Assembly (NCBI GenBank): GCA_030390025.1
Contig: JASTWF010000035.1
Span: forward strand, 2,418,001-2,482,000
Direction of reading: 5' to 3'
Source: Squalus acanthias
Taxonomy: Eukaryota
DNA: 64,000 nt
Shown in pieces: positions 50,189 through 61,462 of this stretch. The notes below the pieces were generated by a model that worked only from the letters and a program-made list of their open reading frames with translations, was not told where the DNA came from and ran no database searches. Within the stretch, counting starts at the first letter, position 1, and the number at the start of each line of letters is the position of its first letter. The position numbers and the translations under genes are program-made.

Positions 50189-53100
50189 CATAGAAACATA
50201 GAAGATAGGAGCAGGAGTAGGCCATTCGGCCCCTCGAGCCTGCTCCGCCATTCGATGAGATCATGGCTGATCATACAAACTCAGTACCCTGTACCTGCCT
50301 TCTCCCCATATCCCTTGATACCTTTAGCTTTAAGAAATATATCTAACTCATCCTTGAATATATTTAATGACTTCGCCTCAACTACCTTCTGTGGTAGAGA
50401 ATTCCACAGGTTTACCACTCTCTGGGTGAAGAAATTCTTCCTCATTTCTGTCCTAAATGGTTTACCCGTTATCCGTAGATTATGACCCCTGGTTCTGGAC
50501 TCTCCGACCATCGGGAACATTCTTCCTGCATCTAGTTTGTCCAGAGATGTCAGAATTTTATATGTTTCGATGAGATCCCCTCTCATTCTTCTATACTCCA
50601 GTGAGTATAAGCCCAATCGACCCAATCTCTCCTCATATGTCATTCCTGCCATCCCAGGTATCAGCCTTGTGAATCTTCGCTGAACTCCTTCCATGGCAAG
50701 AACATCCTTCCTCAGATAAGGCGACCAAAACTGCACACAGTACTCAAGGTGTGGTCTCACCAAGGCCCTGTACAACTGCAGCAGGACATCCCTGTTCCTA
50801 TACTCAAACCCTTTCGCTATGAAGGCCAACATACCATTTGCCTTCTTCACCGCCTGCTGCACCGACATGCTTACTTTCAGCGACTGGTGCACAAGGATAC
50901 CCAGGTCTCGTTGCACTTTCCCTTCTCCCAATCTATTGCCATTCAGATAATAGTCTGCCTTTCTGTTTTTGACACCAAAGTGGATAACCTCGCACTTATC
51001 CACTTTATATTGCATCTGCCACGCTTCTGCCCACTCACCCAACCTGTCCAGATCATCCTGGAGTTTCTCGCTATTCTCCTCGCTGCACACACTCCCACCC
51101 AGCTTTGTGTCATCTGCAAACTTGGAGATATTACATTTAATTCCCTTATCTAGATCATTAATGTATATTGTGAATAGCTGGGGTCCAAGGACCGATCCCT
51201 GCGGTACCCCACTAGTCACTGCTTGCCACTCGGAAAAAGACCCATTAATTCCTACTCTCTGCTTTCTGTCCGCCAACCAGTTCTCTATCCAAGTCAATAC
51301 CTTGCCCCCAATCCCATGTGCCTTAACTTTACCCGCTAATCTCTTATGCGGGACCTTATCGAAAGCCTTTTGAAAGTCCAAATACACCACATCTACTGGT
51401 TCTCCCTTATCTATTTTCCCAGTTACATCCTCAAAAAATTCCAGTAGATTAGTCAAGCACGATTTACCTTTTGTAAATCCATGTTGACTTTGTCCGATCC
51501 TGTCACTGTTTTTCAAATGCTCAGCTATTACATCCTTTATAATGGACTCTAGCATTTTCCCCACTACCGATGTCAGGCTTACCGGTCTGTAATTCCCCGC
51601 TTTCTCTCTACCACCCTTTTTGAATAGTGGGGTAACATTAGCTACCCTCCAATCCATGGGTACAGTTCCAGATTCCATCGCATGTTGGAAGATGATCAGC
51701 AATGCATCTACTATTTCTAGGGCCACTTCCTTAAGTACCCTAGGATGTAGATTATCAGGCCCTGGGGATTTATCGGCCTTCAATACCGTCAATTTCCCTA
51801 ACACCATTTCCCTGCAAATACTGATTTCTTTCAGTTCCTCCCTTTCATCAGACCGTATGTTCTCCAACATCTCTGGGAGGTTATTTGTGTCCTCCTTTGT
51901 GAAGACAGAACCAAAATATGCATTTAATTGGGCTGCCATTTCTTTGTTCCCCATTATAACTTCCCCCGCTTCTGACTGCAAGGGACCTACACTTGATTTC
52001 ACTAATCTTTTTCTCTTCACATATCTATAAAAGCTCTTACAGTCAGTTTTTATGTTCCCAGCAAGCTTACTTTCATATTCTATTTTCCCCTTCTTAATTA
52101 ATCCCTTTGTCCTCCTTTGTTGAATCCTAAACTGCTCCCAATCCTCAGGGCTACCGCTTTTTCTGGCCAATTTATATGCCCTCTCCTTGGATCTTATGCT
52201 ATCCCTAATTTCCCTTGTTAGCCACGGTTGAGTCACTCTTTTTGTTTTATTCTTATGCCACACTGGGATGTACAAATTCTGTAGTTCATCCATGCAGTCT
52301 TTGAATGTTTGCCATTGCCATTGCCTATCCACCGTCAACCCCTTGAGTGACATTCCCCAATCAATCCTACCCAATTCGCGCCTCATACCATCGTAGTTTC
52401 CTTTATTTAAATTCAGGACCCTAGTCTCTGATTCAACTACTTCACTCTCCATCCTAATGAAGAATTCTATCATATTATGATCACTCTGACCCAAGGGGCC
52501 TCGTACAACAAGATTGCTAATTAATCCTTTCTCGTTGCATAATACCCAGTCTAAGATGGCCTGATCTCTGGTTGGTTCCTCGACATATTGTTCCAGAAAA
52601 CCATCTCGTAAACATTCTAGGAATTCCTCCTCCACAGTATTTTTACTAATTTGGTTAGCCCAATCTATATGTAAATTAAAGTCACCCATGATGACTGCTG
52701 TGCCCTTACTGCATGCTTCTCTAATTTCCCTTTTAATGCCGTCCCCAACCTCCGTATTACTGTTTGGAGGTCTATATACCACTCCCACTAACGTTTTCTG
52801 CCCCTTGTTATTTCTCAGTTCTACCCATACAGATTCCGCATCATCAGAGCTAATATCCTTCCTTTCAATTGTGTTAATCCCCTCTTTATCCAGCAATGCT
52901 ACCCCACCTCCCTTTCTTTTTTGCCTATCTTTCCTAAATATTGAATAACCCTGGATGTTGAGTTCCCAGCCTTGGCCACCCTGGAGCCATGTTTCTGTAA
53001 TCCCAATCAAATCGTATTCATTTACCTCTATTTGCGCAGCTAATTCATCCACCTTGTTCCGAATGCTCCTTGCATTAAGACACAAAGCCTTCAGGCTTGT

Positions 53101-53267
53101 TTTTTTAACGCTCTCAGACCTATATGAATTATGATTTACTGTGACCATGTTTGATTTAAACCGTTGAGTTCTTTGCCTTCTACTTTTGTTTTTCTCCTTC
53201 CTGTCTTTAACTTTTATCCTTATTTCCCTTTCCTCTGTCTCCCTGCTCAGGTTCCCAACCCCCTGCC
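50189..53267 (-). mobile_element. CR1 LINE with a complete ORF2, 5'-truncated at about the end of ORF1
   Basis: (TTTCTATG) tail; CCAT at both junctions; interrupts the Penelope element. Confidence 0.95.
50281..53148 (-). CDS. CR1 ORF2: APE endonuclease plus reverse transcriptase, 955 aa, uninterrupted
   Basis: LNARS, ITETW, VYRPP, GDFN and SDH (endonuclease); [30 protein letters not shown] and FADD (RT). Confidence 0.93.
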   Translation of the reverse strand: MVTVNHNSYRSESVKKTSLKALCLNARSIRNKVDELAAQIEVNEYDLIGITETWLQGGQGWELNIQGYSIFRKDRQKRKGGGVALLDKEGINTIERKDISSDDAESVWVELRNNKGQKTLVGVVYRPPNSNTEVGDGIKREIREACSKGTAVIMGDFNLHIDWANQISKNTVEEEFLECLRDGFLEQYVEEPTRDQAILDWVLCNEKGLISNLVVRGPLGQSDHNMIEFFIRMESEVVESETRVLNLNKGNYDGMRRELGRIDWGMSLKGLTVDRQWQWQTFKDCMDELQNLYIPVWHKNKTKRVTQPWLTREIRDSIRSKERAYKLARKSGSPEDWEQFRIQQRRTKGLIKKGKIEYESKLAGNIKTDCKSFYRYVKRKRLVKSSVGPLQSEAGEVIMGNKEMAAQLNAYFGSVFTKEDTNNLPEMLENIRSDEREELKEISICREMVLGKLTVLKADKSPGPDNLHPRVLKEVALEIVDALLIIFQHAMESGTVPMDWRVANVTPLFKKGGREKAGNYRPVSLTSVVGKMLESIIKDVIAEHLKNSDRIGQSQHGFTKGKSCLTNLLEFFEDVTGKIDKGEPVDVVYLDFQKAFDKVPHKRLAGKVKAHGIGGKVLTWIENWLADRKQRVGINGSFSEWQAVTSGVPQGSVLGPQLFTIYINDLDKGIKCNISKFADDTKLGGSVCSEENSEKLQDDLDRLGEWAEAWQMQYKVDKCEVIHFGVKNRKADYYLNGNRLGEGKVQRDLGILVHQSLKVSMSVQQAVKKANGMLAFIAKGFEYRNRDVLLQLYRALVRPHLEYCVQFWSPYLRKDVLAMEGVQRRFTRLIPGMAGMTYEERLGRLGLYSLEYRRMRGDLIETYKILTSLDKLDAGRMFPMVGESRTRGHNLRITGKPFRTEMRKNFFTQRVVNLWNSLPQKVVEAKSLNIFKDELDIFLKAKGIKGYGEKAGTGY

Positions 53268-53283
53268 ATCTCCAGCTTTTTCC

Positions 53284-53316
53284 AGTTCTGACAAAGGGTC
53301 ATCGACCTGAAACGTT
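53284..53316 (+). ncRNA. Relic minimal hammerhead ribozyme of the Penelope pLTR (probably inactive)
   Basis: AGTT-CTGACAA-A-GGGTC-ATC-GACCT-GAAACGTT: CUGAnGA-like box with G>A, stem II and GAAA. The 3' side is replaced by another element. Confidence 0.55.
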
Positions 53317-53700
53317 GGGCCAAAAATTCGGCCCTTCCCGGGTGTGTACACAGTGCGTACTCACCCGTAAGACGTCCTGAAGTGCCGGTTTCCTCCATGC
53401 ACTGTGCATGCGCAGGAAACCGGAACTTCCGGTATGGTGAAGTGGGTGGTTCCTAGGTGAACCGCGTGCATGGTAGAAGCTGCGCGCACGCAGCAAACTT
53501 AGATTTTTTTTCAGGTTTCTACGCGAGAGTAAGTAGTGAAGAACCTACGCTTATGAAAAGGAGACGCAAGACCCGTTTTCAACAAGGTAAGTGGTTAATT
53601 AAGTAGAATTTAAAAAAAATTTCAGCAGGTTTATCTTTTTTAGATACTTTAAAGAAAGGTAAGTTTATTTTTATCACTTTTAAAAAGTATTTTAATTTTT
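53317..53700. mobile_element. One end of a probable Harbinger-type non-autonomous element
   Basis: Starts GGGCCAAAAATTC; long internal palindrome at 53379-53429; no second TIR found. Confidence 0.5.
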
Positions 53701-53709
53701 TCAAAATCG

Positions 53710-53797
53710 GATCATCCATGATCTCATTAAATGGCGGAACAGGCTCGAGGGGCCGAATGACCTGCTCCTGCTCTTATTTCTTATGTTCTAATGTTCT
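53710..53797 (+). mobile_element. Very short CR1 3' tail
   Basis: CCATGATCTCATTAAATGGCGGAACAGGCTCGAGGGGCCGAATG..TTCTTATGTTC. Confidence 0.75.
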
Positions 53798-54129
53798 TAA
53801 ACATTTCCAAGTCAGTTGGATTGGTTCTTCTGTCCAGGAAGAAAGATGAATGTTTATTTCTGTTAAATCATAGCTTTTCCTGCTTTTTGTTTCCAATTCG
53901 GTGACGCAAATAATGTATGTGTTTTTCTGCACTTGTGAATAAGTGCTGCATTTCTGACATGTTACATGGGGGTGTGCTGGTTCAAGAAGACGTTTATTAA
54001 TGGTAGTGATTGAAGTTGGAAATACGGATACCTGTTTTTGTTCAATTCTTTTTAACACTGTGAACTAAAGAATTACAGCACTTTATATTTGTTGGTTGTC
54101 TGGTTCCATTGTGATTAATATTCTAATTA

Positions 54130-54493
54130 CAGGAAACTCTTTATTAACCGGCACCGACGGGACCGGCGTGGTGCCGGTTAATCAAAAAGTCCGGATAACG
54201 GAGAGTTATATCTCCCAACGTACGAGAGCCCCGTACACATTGACATGCGCCTGCATTCGGAGCTCCGTCTCCCCGGGGACCGCCAGCTGACCATCTGTCG
54301 TGTCCGCTGCCTACCCGGGCTGCACATTCCCCTCCCAATCTACACGCTCCGATACAAGGCAAACGCCTCGTGGTTTTTTTTAAAGTTAATTTTAAACGAG
54401 AGATGAAGGAAAACCCCGGTTACCTACTCAAGAATTTTGCTGGTTAAGAGAGATTTCCGGATATTTGGGTGCTGGTTAATAAAGAGTTTCCTG
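54130..54493. mobile_element. 364-bp Tc1/mariner (pogo/Tigger-like) MITE
   Basis: 26-bp TIR CAGGAAACTCTTTATTAACC(G/A)GCACC with one mismatch; TA on both sides. Confidence 0.88.
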
Positions 54494-54689
54494 TACTTAT
54501 GTCGATGTACAGCACGTCAGCGCCATAGGAAAGCCGTTGCTTCTGCTGCTTGTGCAGTTATTGCTATAGTGACATGAGGAACGGGCAAATACGTTGAAAA
54601 CTTTAAAATTAATACAAATTGCACGAATAGATATGCCTCTTTCAGCTCACCTTGGACTTTTGGATTGTTTGTCGATGCATAACCGTGTA

Positions 54690-56150
54690 ACTGATAATCA
54701 AGGGGCTATAGGGAGGGAGGAACTTAAAACAATCACTATCACTAGAGAAAAAGTACTAGGCAAATTAATGAGACTAAAGGCTGACAAGTCCCCTGGACCA
54801 GATGGCCTACATCCTAGGGTCTTAATAGAAGTGTCTGCAGAGATAGTGGATGCGTTGGTTGTAATCTATCAAAATTCCCTGGATTCTGGAGAGGTTCCAG
54901 TGGATTGGAAAACCGCAAATGTAACTCCCATATACAAGAAAGGAGGGAGACAGAAAGCAGGAAACTATAGGCCAGGTAGCCTAACATCTGTCATTGGGAA
55001 AATGCTGGAATCCATTATTAAGGAAGTAATAGCAGGACATTTAGAAAATCATAATACAATCAAGCAGAGTCAACATGGTTTTATGAAAGGGAAATCGTGT
55101 TTGACAAATTTACTAGAGTTCTTTGAGGATGTAACAAGCAGGGTGGATAAAGGGGAACCAGTAGATGTAGTGTATTTGGATTTCCAGAAGGCATTCGATA
55201 AGGTGCCACATAAAAGGTTACTGCACAAGATAAGAGCGCACGGGGTTGGGGTAATATATTAGCATGGATAGCGGATTGGCTAACTAACAGGAAACGGAGA
55301 GTCGGGATAAATGGGTAACTTTCAGGTTGGCAAACTATAACTAGTGGGGTGCCACAGGGATCAGTGCTGGGGCCTCAACTATTTACAATCTATATTAATC
55401 ACTTGGATGAAGGGGCCGAGTGTACTGTAGCCAAACTTGCTGATGATACAAAGATAGGTGGGAAAGCAAGTTGTGAGGAGGACAAAGAGTCTGCAAAGGG
55501 ATATAGATAGGTTAGGTGAGTGGGCAAAAATTTGGCAGATGGAATATAATGTGGGAAAATGTGAGGTTATCCACTTGGTAGGAAGAATAAAAAAGCAAAT
55601 TATTATTTAAATGGAGAGAGACTACAAAATGCTGTGGTACAGAGGGATCTGGGGGTCCTCGTACATGAAACACAACAAGTTAACATGCAGGTACAGCAAG
55701 TAATTAGGAAGACAAATGGAATGTTGGCCCTTATTGCAAAGGGGATGGAGTATAAAAGTAGGGAAGTCTTGCTACAACTGTGCAGGGCGTTGGTGAGACC
55801 ACATCTGGAGTACTGCGTACAGTTTTGGTCTCCTTATTTAAGGAGGGATATACTTGCATTGGAGGCAGTTCAGAGAAGGTTCACTCGGTTGATTCCTGAG
55901 ATGAAGGAGTTGTCTTATGAAAAAAGGTTGAGCAGGTTGTGCCTATACTCATTGGAGTTTAGAAGAATGAGAGGTGATCTTACTGAAACATATGAGATTC
56001 TGAGGGGCTTGACAGGGTAGATGCAGGGAGGATGTTTCCCCTTGTGGGGGAATCTAGAACTAGGGGGCATAGTTTCAGAATAAGGGGTCGCCCATTTAAA
56101 ACGGAGATGAAGAGGAATTTCTTCTCTCAGAGGATCGTGAATCTTTGGAT
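54690..56150 (+). mobile_element. CR1 RT fragment
   Basis: ORFs 54594-55262 and 55634-56020, frameshifted, 3' end missing. Confidence 0.92.
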
Positions 56151-57390
56151 TCCCGAGTCCAAATCGTTTTTGTAAATTGTGAACAGCTGTGGCCCCAGCA
56201 CTGATCCCTGTGGAACACCACTTCCCACTTTTTGCCAGTCTGAGTCACTAACGTTAACCCCTACTCTTTGTTTTCTTTTTTGTAGCCAGCTTGCTATCTA
56301 TTTAGCTACTTGTCCGCTGACTCCACATGGTCTGGCCTTAGTCATAACTCTACTGTGCAGTACCTTATCGAAGGCCTTTTGAAAATCCAAATATATTACA
56401 TCTTCTAGATTACCCTTATCTATTCTTTCTGTTACTGCTTCAAAGAATTCAATAAGGTTGGTCAAGCATGACCTCCCCTTTTGAAATCTGTGCTGACTAC
56501 ACTTTATTATCAGATCAGCCATGATCTAATTGAATGCCAGAACAGCCTCAAGGGGCTGAATGGCCTACTCCTATTCCTATGTTCCTATTATATTTTCAGT
56601 TTCTAGATGTTTTTCTATTACATCTTTGAGTAAAATTCCATATCTTTCCTACCATCGACGTTAAGCTAACTGGTCTATAGTTCCCTGGATTTGTTCTATC
56701 TCCCTTTCTAAATATAGGAATCTTGTTAGCTGTCTGCCAGTCCTCTGGCACTAGTCCCTTTTCTAATGAATTTTTAGACATAAGTAATAGTACCTCTGCT
56801 ATCTCTACCCTGACTTCTTTTAATATGTGCGGATGCAATCCATCCGGTCCAGGGGTTTTATCCTCTCTAAGTTTGATTAGTTTATCAATTATCTCCCCCT
56901 TTCTATCTTAAATGTCTTTATATCTTTTCTGATCTCTTCCAATATCATGTCCATGTTGTTAGCCTCCCTGGTAAATACTGAGGCAAAGTAATTCTTCAAT
57001 ATTTCTGCCATTTCGCTGTCATCATCTTGTGCATCCCTTCGTGGCTCTATCCCTATCCTGATTTTTCTTGTTATTTATATGTCTGTAGAATACTTCACTA
57101 CTTCTTTTTATATTCCGTGATAATTTAATTTCACCGTTCCGATTTGCTTTTTAATTGTTTTTTGACTTCTTTCCTAACCTCTTCATATTCCCTTTTGTCA
57201 TCCTCTCCTTTGTTTCTAAGTACTTAGTGTATGCTTTTTATTTTAGTTTCAATTTCACCCTTATCTCTTTATTCATCAATGGTGTTTCATTATTAGCTAG
57301 TTTGTTCTTGTTTTGTAGTGGAATATATTTCTCCTGAACATTATTGATCACCGTTTTAAATATTTCCCACTGCTGTTCTGTCGCTATGTC
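56151..57390 (-). mobile_element. Old CR1 fragment carrying a ~75-bp CR1 tail insertion (~56512-56586, +)
   Basis: ORFs 56298-56522 and 56596-56838; the insert is flanked by TATTAT. Confidence 0.82.
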
Positions 57391-57404
57391 AATATTTTTT
57401 GCAG

Positions 57405-57762
57405 TAAATGGTGTGGTAGAGGTGTTTAAAATGATGAAAGGATGGGACAGGGGGATAGAAGCAGACTGTTTCCAGTAATTGAGGGTCTAGAACGAGAGGC
57501 CAGAGATTAAATGTAAGAGATTTAGAACAGAGCCGGAGAACCCGCTTCCCACAGAGTTGTGAGGCTGTGAATTCACTCCTAGAGTTAGTGGCTGAGGCAG
57601 AAACTATCAACATTCCAGATTAGATTGGAGAGGAGGATGAAGGAAAAGGGAATGGGAACAGGGTGGGTAAATGTGATTAGGATTTTTTGCTCAAGTGCAG
57701 GGTAAATCCCGACACGGACTGGGTCGGCCGAATGGCCTGTTTCCATGTTGTAATTTCTATGT
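57405..57762 (+). mobile_element. Old CR1 3' fragment
   Basis: GAGGTGTTTAAAATGATGAAAGG..GGCCGAATGGCCTG..TTTCTATG. Confidence 0.7.
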
Positions 57763-57810
57763 CGGTCATTTATTGCTTTCAGTCAGTTAGCTGCTGTGCT
57801 CATTACTCAC

Positions 57811-57985
57811 CCTCTGTGAACGCTGAAGATGCTCAGTCAGGGTTAACTCAGGGGAGGTTTTTCTGACTCCACACCTACTTGGCACTGACTTGAGATCTTC
57901 AGGTCTGTATATCAAATGTCGTCCAAGTTTATCTCCCTCGAGATGTTCAATGACGTAAGTTCGATTACTGAGAACAACCAAAGCA
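57811..57985 (-). CDS. ADAM exon with cysteine switch: (S)ALVVLSNRTYVIEHLEGDKLGRHLIYRPEDLKSVPSRCGVRKTSPELTLTEHLQRSQR
   Basis: ccctctctcctccag acceptor, 175 nt (1 nt + 58 codons), gtgagt donor. AG+T completes Ser with the previous exon. PSRCGV is cysteine-switch-like. Confidence 0.92.
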
Positions 57986-58064
57986 CTGGAGGAGAGAGGG
58001 AACACTTAATGTTAACCCTAACTCTGCTGAATAGGAAGTAAGTCTGTTGTTACATATTGAGTAA

Positions 58065-59712
58065 CTCATGCCCTGCTGAATAAATAATTTCCCAGCAGTT
58101 ACACAGTGAGTAACCCTTACCCTGCTGAATAAACACTTCCCAGTACAGTTACCCAGTGAGTAACCCTTACCCTGCTGAATAAACACTTCCCAGTACAGTT
58201 ACCCAGTGAGTAACCCTTACCCTGCTGAATAAACACTTCCCAGTACAGTTACACAGTGGGTAACCCTTACCCTGCTGAATAAACAATTCCCAGTACAGTT
58301 ACACAGTGGGTAACCCTTACCCTGCTGAATAAACACTTTGTGATGTAAGAAAACTACTAGGCACTTGGTCTGAGTATTAAACAAAGCTTTAATCAACTGT
58401 TTTTCAACATGGAGATCTAGTTGTGTCCTTTACTAGTTCCTGTTAAAGAATATCCTTAGCAAGCTGGGCCCATGCCCGAGTATTTATACTCTCCCTGGAC
58501 AGTGCCACCAGCAGGCCGCCCAGTATTATTTCATAAGTCATTTCCACATGAATGACAAGATTCATGTCACTTCCCAGTACAGTTACACAGTCAGTGACCC
58601 TTACCCTGCTGAATAAACACTTCCCAGTACAGTTACACAGTGAGTAATCCTTACCCTGCTGAATAAACAATTCCCAGTACAGTTACACAGTGAGTAATCC
58701 TTACCCTACTGAATAAACACTTCCCAGTACAGTTACACAGTGAGTAACCCTTACCCTGCTGAATAAACACTTCCCGGTACAGTTACACAGTGAGTAACCC
58801 TTACCCTGCTGAATAAACACTTCCCAGTACAGTTACACAGTGAGTAATCCTTACCCTGCTGAATAAACACTTCCCAGTACAGTTACACAGTGAGTAATCC
58901 TTACCCTGCTGAATAAACAATTCCCAGTACAGTTACACAGTCAGTGACCCTTACCCTGCTGAATAAACACTTCCCAGTACAGTTACACAGTGAGTAATCC
59001 TTACCCTGCTGAATAAACAATTCCCAGTACAGTTACACAGTGAGTAATCCTTACCCTACTGAATAAACACTTCCCAGTACACTTACACAGTGAGTAATCC
59101 TTACCCTACTGAATAAACACTTCCCAGTACAGTTACACAGTGAGTAACCCTTACCCTGCTGAATAAACACTTCCCAGTACAGTTACACAGTGAGTAACCC
59201 TTACCCTGCTGAATAAACACTTCCCAGTACAGTTACACAGTGAGTAACCCTTACCCTGCTGAATAAACACTTCCCAGTACAGTTACACAGTGAGTAACCC
59301 TTACCCTGCTGAATAAACAATTCCCAGTACAGTTACACAGTGAGTAATCCTTACCCTACTGAATAAACACTTCCCAGTACACTTACACAGTGAGTAATCC
59401 TTACCCTACTGAATAAACACTTCCCAGTACAGTTACACAGTGAGTAACCCTTACCCTGCTGAATAAACACTTCCCAGTACAGTTACACAGTGAGTAACCC
59501 TTACCCTGCTGAATAAACACTTCCCAGTACAGTTACACAGTGAGTAACCCTTACCCTGCTGAATAAACACTTCCCAGTACAGTTACACAGTGAGTAACCC
59601 TTACCCTGCTGAATAAACACTTCCCAGTACAGTTACACAGTGAGTAATCCTTACCCTGCTGAATAAACACTTCCCAGTACAGTTACACAGTGAGTAATCC
59701 TTACCCTGCTCA
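58065..59712. repeat. 50-bp minisatellite CAGTACAGTTACACAGTGAGTAACCCTTACCCTGCTGAATAAACACTTCC (~28 units); remnants at 60950-61039 and 61463-61545
   Basis: Directly visible 50-bp period. Confidence 0.96.
58341..58569 (-). mobile_element. Second copy of the ~228-bp solo LTR
   Basis: Colinear with 25956-26183; TG..CA ends; imperfect TSD CTTTG/CTTCC. Confidence 0.8.
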
Positions 59713-59713
59713 T

Positions 59714-60950
59714 TCAACACCCCTGTGCTCGCTGACCTACATTGGCTCCCAGTCTGCCAAATCCCTCCATGGTCTCACCCTTCCCTATCTCTATAACCTC
59801 GTCTAACCCTACAACCCTCCAAGATCTCTGTGTCCCTCCAATTCTGGCTTCTTGTACATCCTCCAATTCCTTCATCCCACCATTGGCAGCAGTGCCTTCA
59901 GCCTTCTGGGCACTAATCAAAATTATTCAACCTCTCTCCCTCTCTCTCATAAGAACATAAGAAATAGGAGCAGGAGTCGGCCATTCAGCCCTTCGAGCCT
60001 GCTCCGCCATTCAATAAGATCATGGCTGATCTTCTGCCTCAACTCCATTCACCGGCCCTATCGCCATATCCCTTGATGCCCTTACTAGTCAGAAATCTAT
60101 CGACTTCTGTTTTGAATATACCCAATGACTGAGCCTCCACAGCCCTCTGGGGTAGAGAATTCCAAAGATTCACCACCCTCTGTGTGAAGAAATTTCTTCT
60201 CATCTCAGTCCTGAATGGCCTACCCTTTATCTTGAGGCTGTGGCCCCTGGTTCTAGACTCCCCAGCAAAGGGAAACATTCTCCCAGCATACACCCTATCA
60301 AGCCCTGTAATAATTTTGTATGCTTCAATGAGATCCCCTCTCATTCTTCTGAATTCAAGAGAATACAGGCCTAGTTTACTCAATCTCTTCTCATACGACA
60401 GTCCCGCCATCCCAGGAATCAATCTCGTGAACCTTGGTTGCACTCCCTCTATGGCAAGTATATCCTTCCTTTGGTAAGGAGACCAAAATTGTACACAGTA
60501 CTCCACGTGTGGTCTCACCAAGGCCCTATATAATTGGAGTAAGACTTCTTTACTCCTGTACTCAAATCCTCTTGTAATGAAGGCCAGCATACCATTTGCC
60601 TTCCTAATGGCTTGCTGCACATGCACATTCACTTTCAGTGACTCATGTACAAGGACACCCAGGTCCCTTTGAGCATCTGCATTCCCCAATCTTTCACCAT
60701 TTAGGAAATACTCTGCCTTTATGTTTTTTCTACCAAAGTGGAGAACTTCACATTTATCCCCATTATATTCCATCTGCCATGTTCTCGCCCACTCACTGAG
60801 CCTGTCGAGATCCCCTTGAAGCCTCTTCACATCCTCTTTTAAGAGCCTCCTTACTTGGTTTGGAGTTAAATTGTGTCTGATTACGCTCCTATGAAGCACT
60901 TTGGGATGTTTTCCTGTGTTAAAGGCTATATAAATGGAAGTGGTTGTTGA
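59714..60950 (+). mobile_element. L2 3' fragment split by CR1 (pieces ~59714-59945 and ~60845-60950)
   Basis: TPVLADLHWLP motif; the terminal part matches the reverse complement of 28070-28170. Confidence 0.7.
59948..60836 (-). mobile_element. CR1 3' fragment
   Basis: ORF 60039-60899. Confidence 0.93.
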
Positions 60951-61039
60951 GTAGCCTTTAACCGGCTAAATAAACACTTCGGAATACAGTTACAGAGTGA
61001 GTAATCCTTACCCTGCTGAATAAACACTTCCCAGTACAG

Positions 61040-61462
61040 AATTTTTTTATTCGTTCATGGGATTTGGGCGTCGCTGACAAGGCCGGCATTTATTGCCCAT
61101 CCCTAAATGCCCTTGAGAAGGTGGTGAGCCGCTTTCCTGAATACAACTGAGAGACTTGCTCGGCCATTTCAGAGGTCAGTTCAGAGTCAACCACATTGCT
61201 GTGTGTCTGGAGTCACATATAGGCCAGACCAGGTAAGGACGGCAGATTTCCTTCCCTAAAGGACATTAGTGAACCAGATGGGTTTTTACGACAATCCGAT
61301 AGTTTCATAGTCACCATTACTGATACTAGCTTTTTATTCCAGATTTATTTAATTGAATTTAAATTCCCCAGCTGCCGTGGTGGGATTTGCAATCATGTGT
61401 CCGGATCATTGGTCCAGGTCTCTCGATTACTAGTCCAGTAATATAGCCACCATGCTACCGTA
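61040..61462 (-). mobile_element. tRNA-derived SINE (same family as 25141-25521) inserted in the 50-bp array
   Basis: Reverse-complement colinearity with 25141-25521. Confidence 0.85.

Noticed and set aside
39038..59712. CRISPR-like appearance of the 33-bp and 50-bp arrays
   Set aside because: Head-to-tail repeats with no unique spacers, no cas genes, and a vertebrate intron context.
22308..60836. Segmental duplication between the CR1s at 22308 and 59948
   Set aside because: Similarity stops at the element edges and the 5' truncation points differ, so these are independent insertions of one subfamily.
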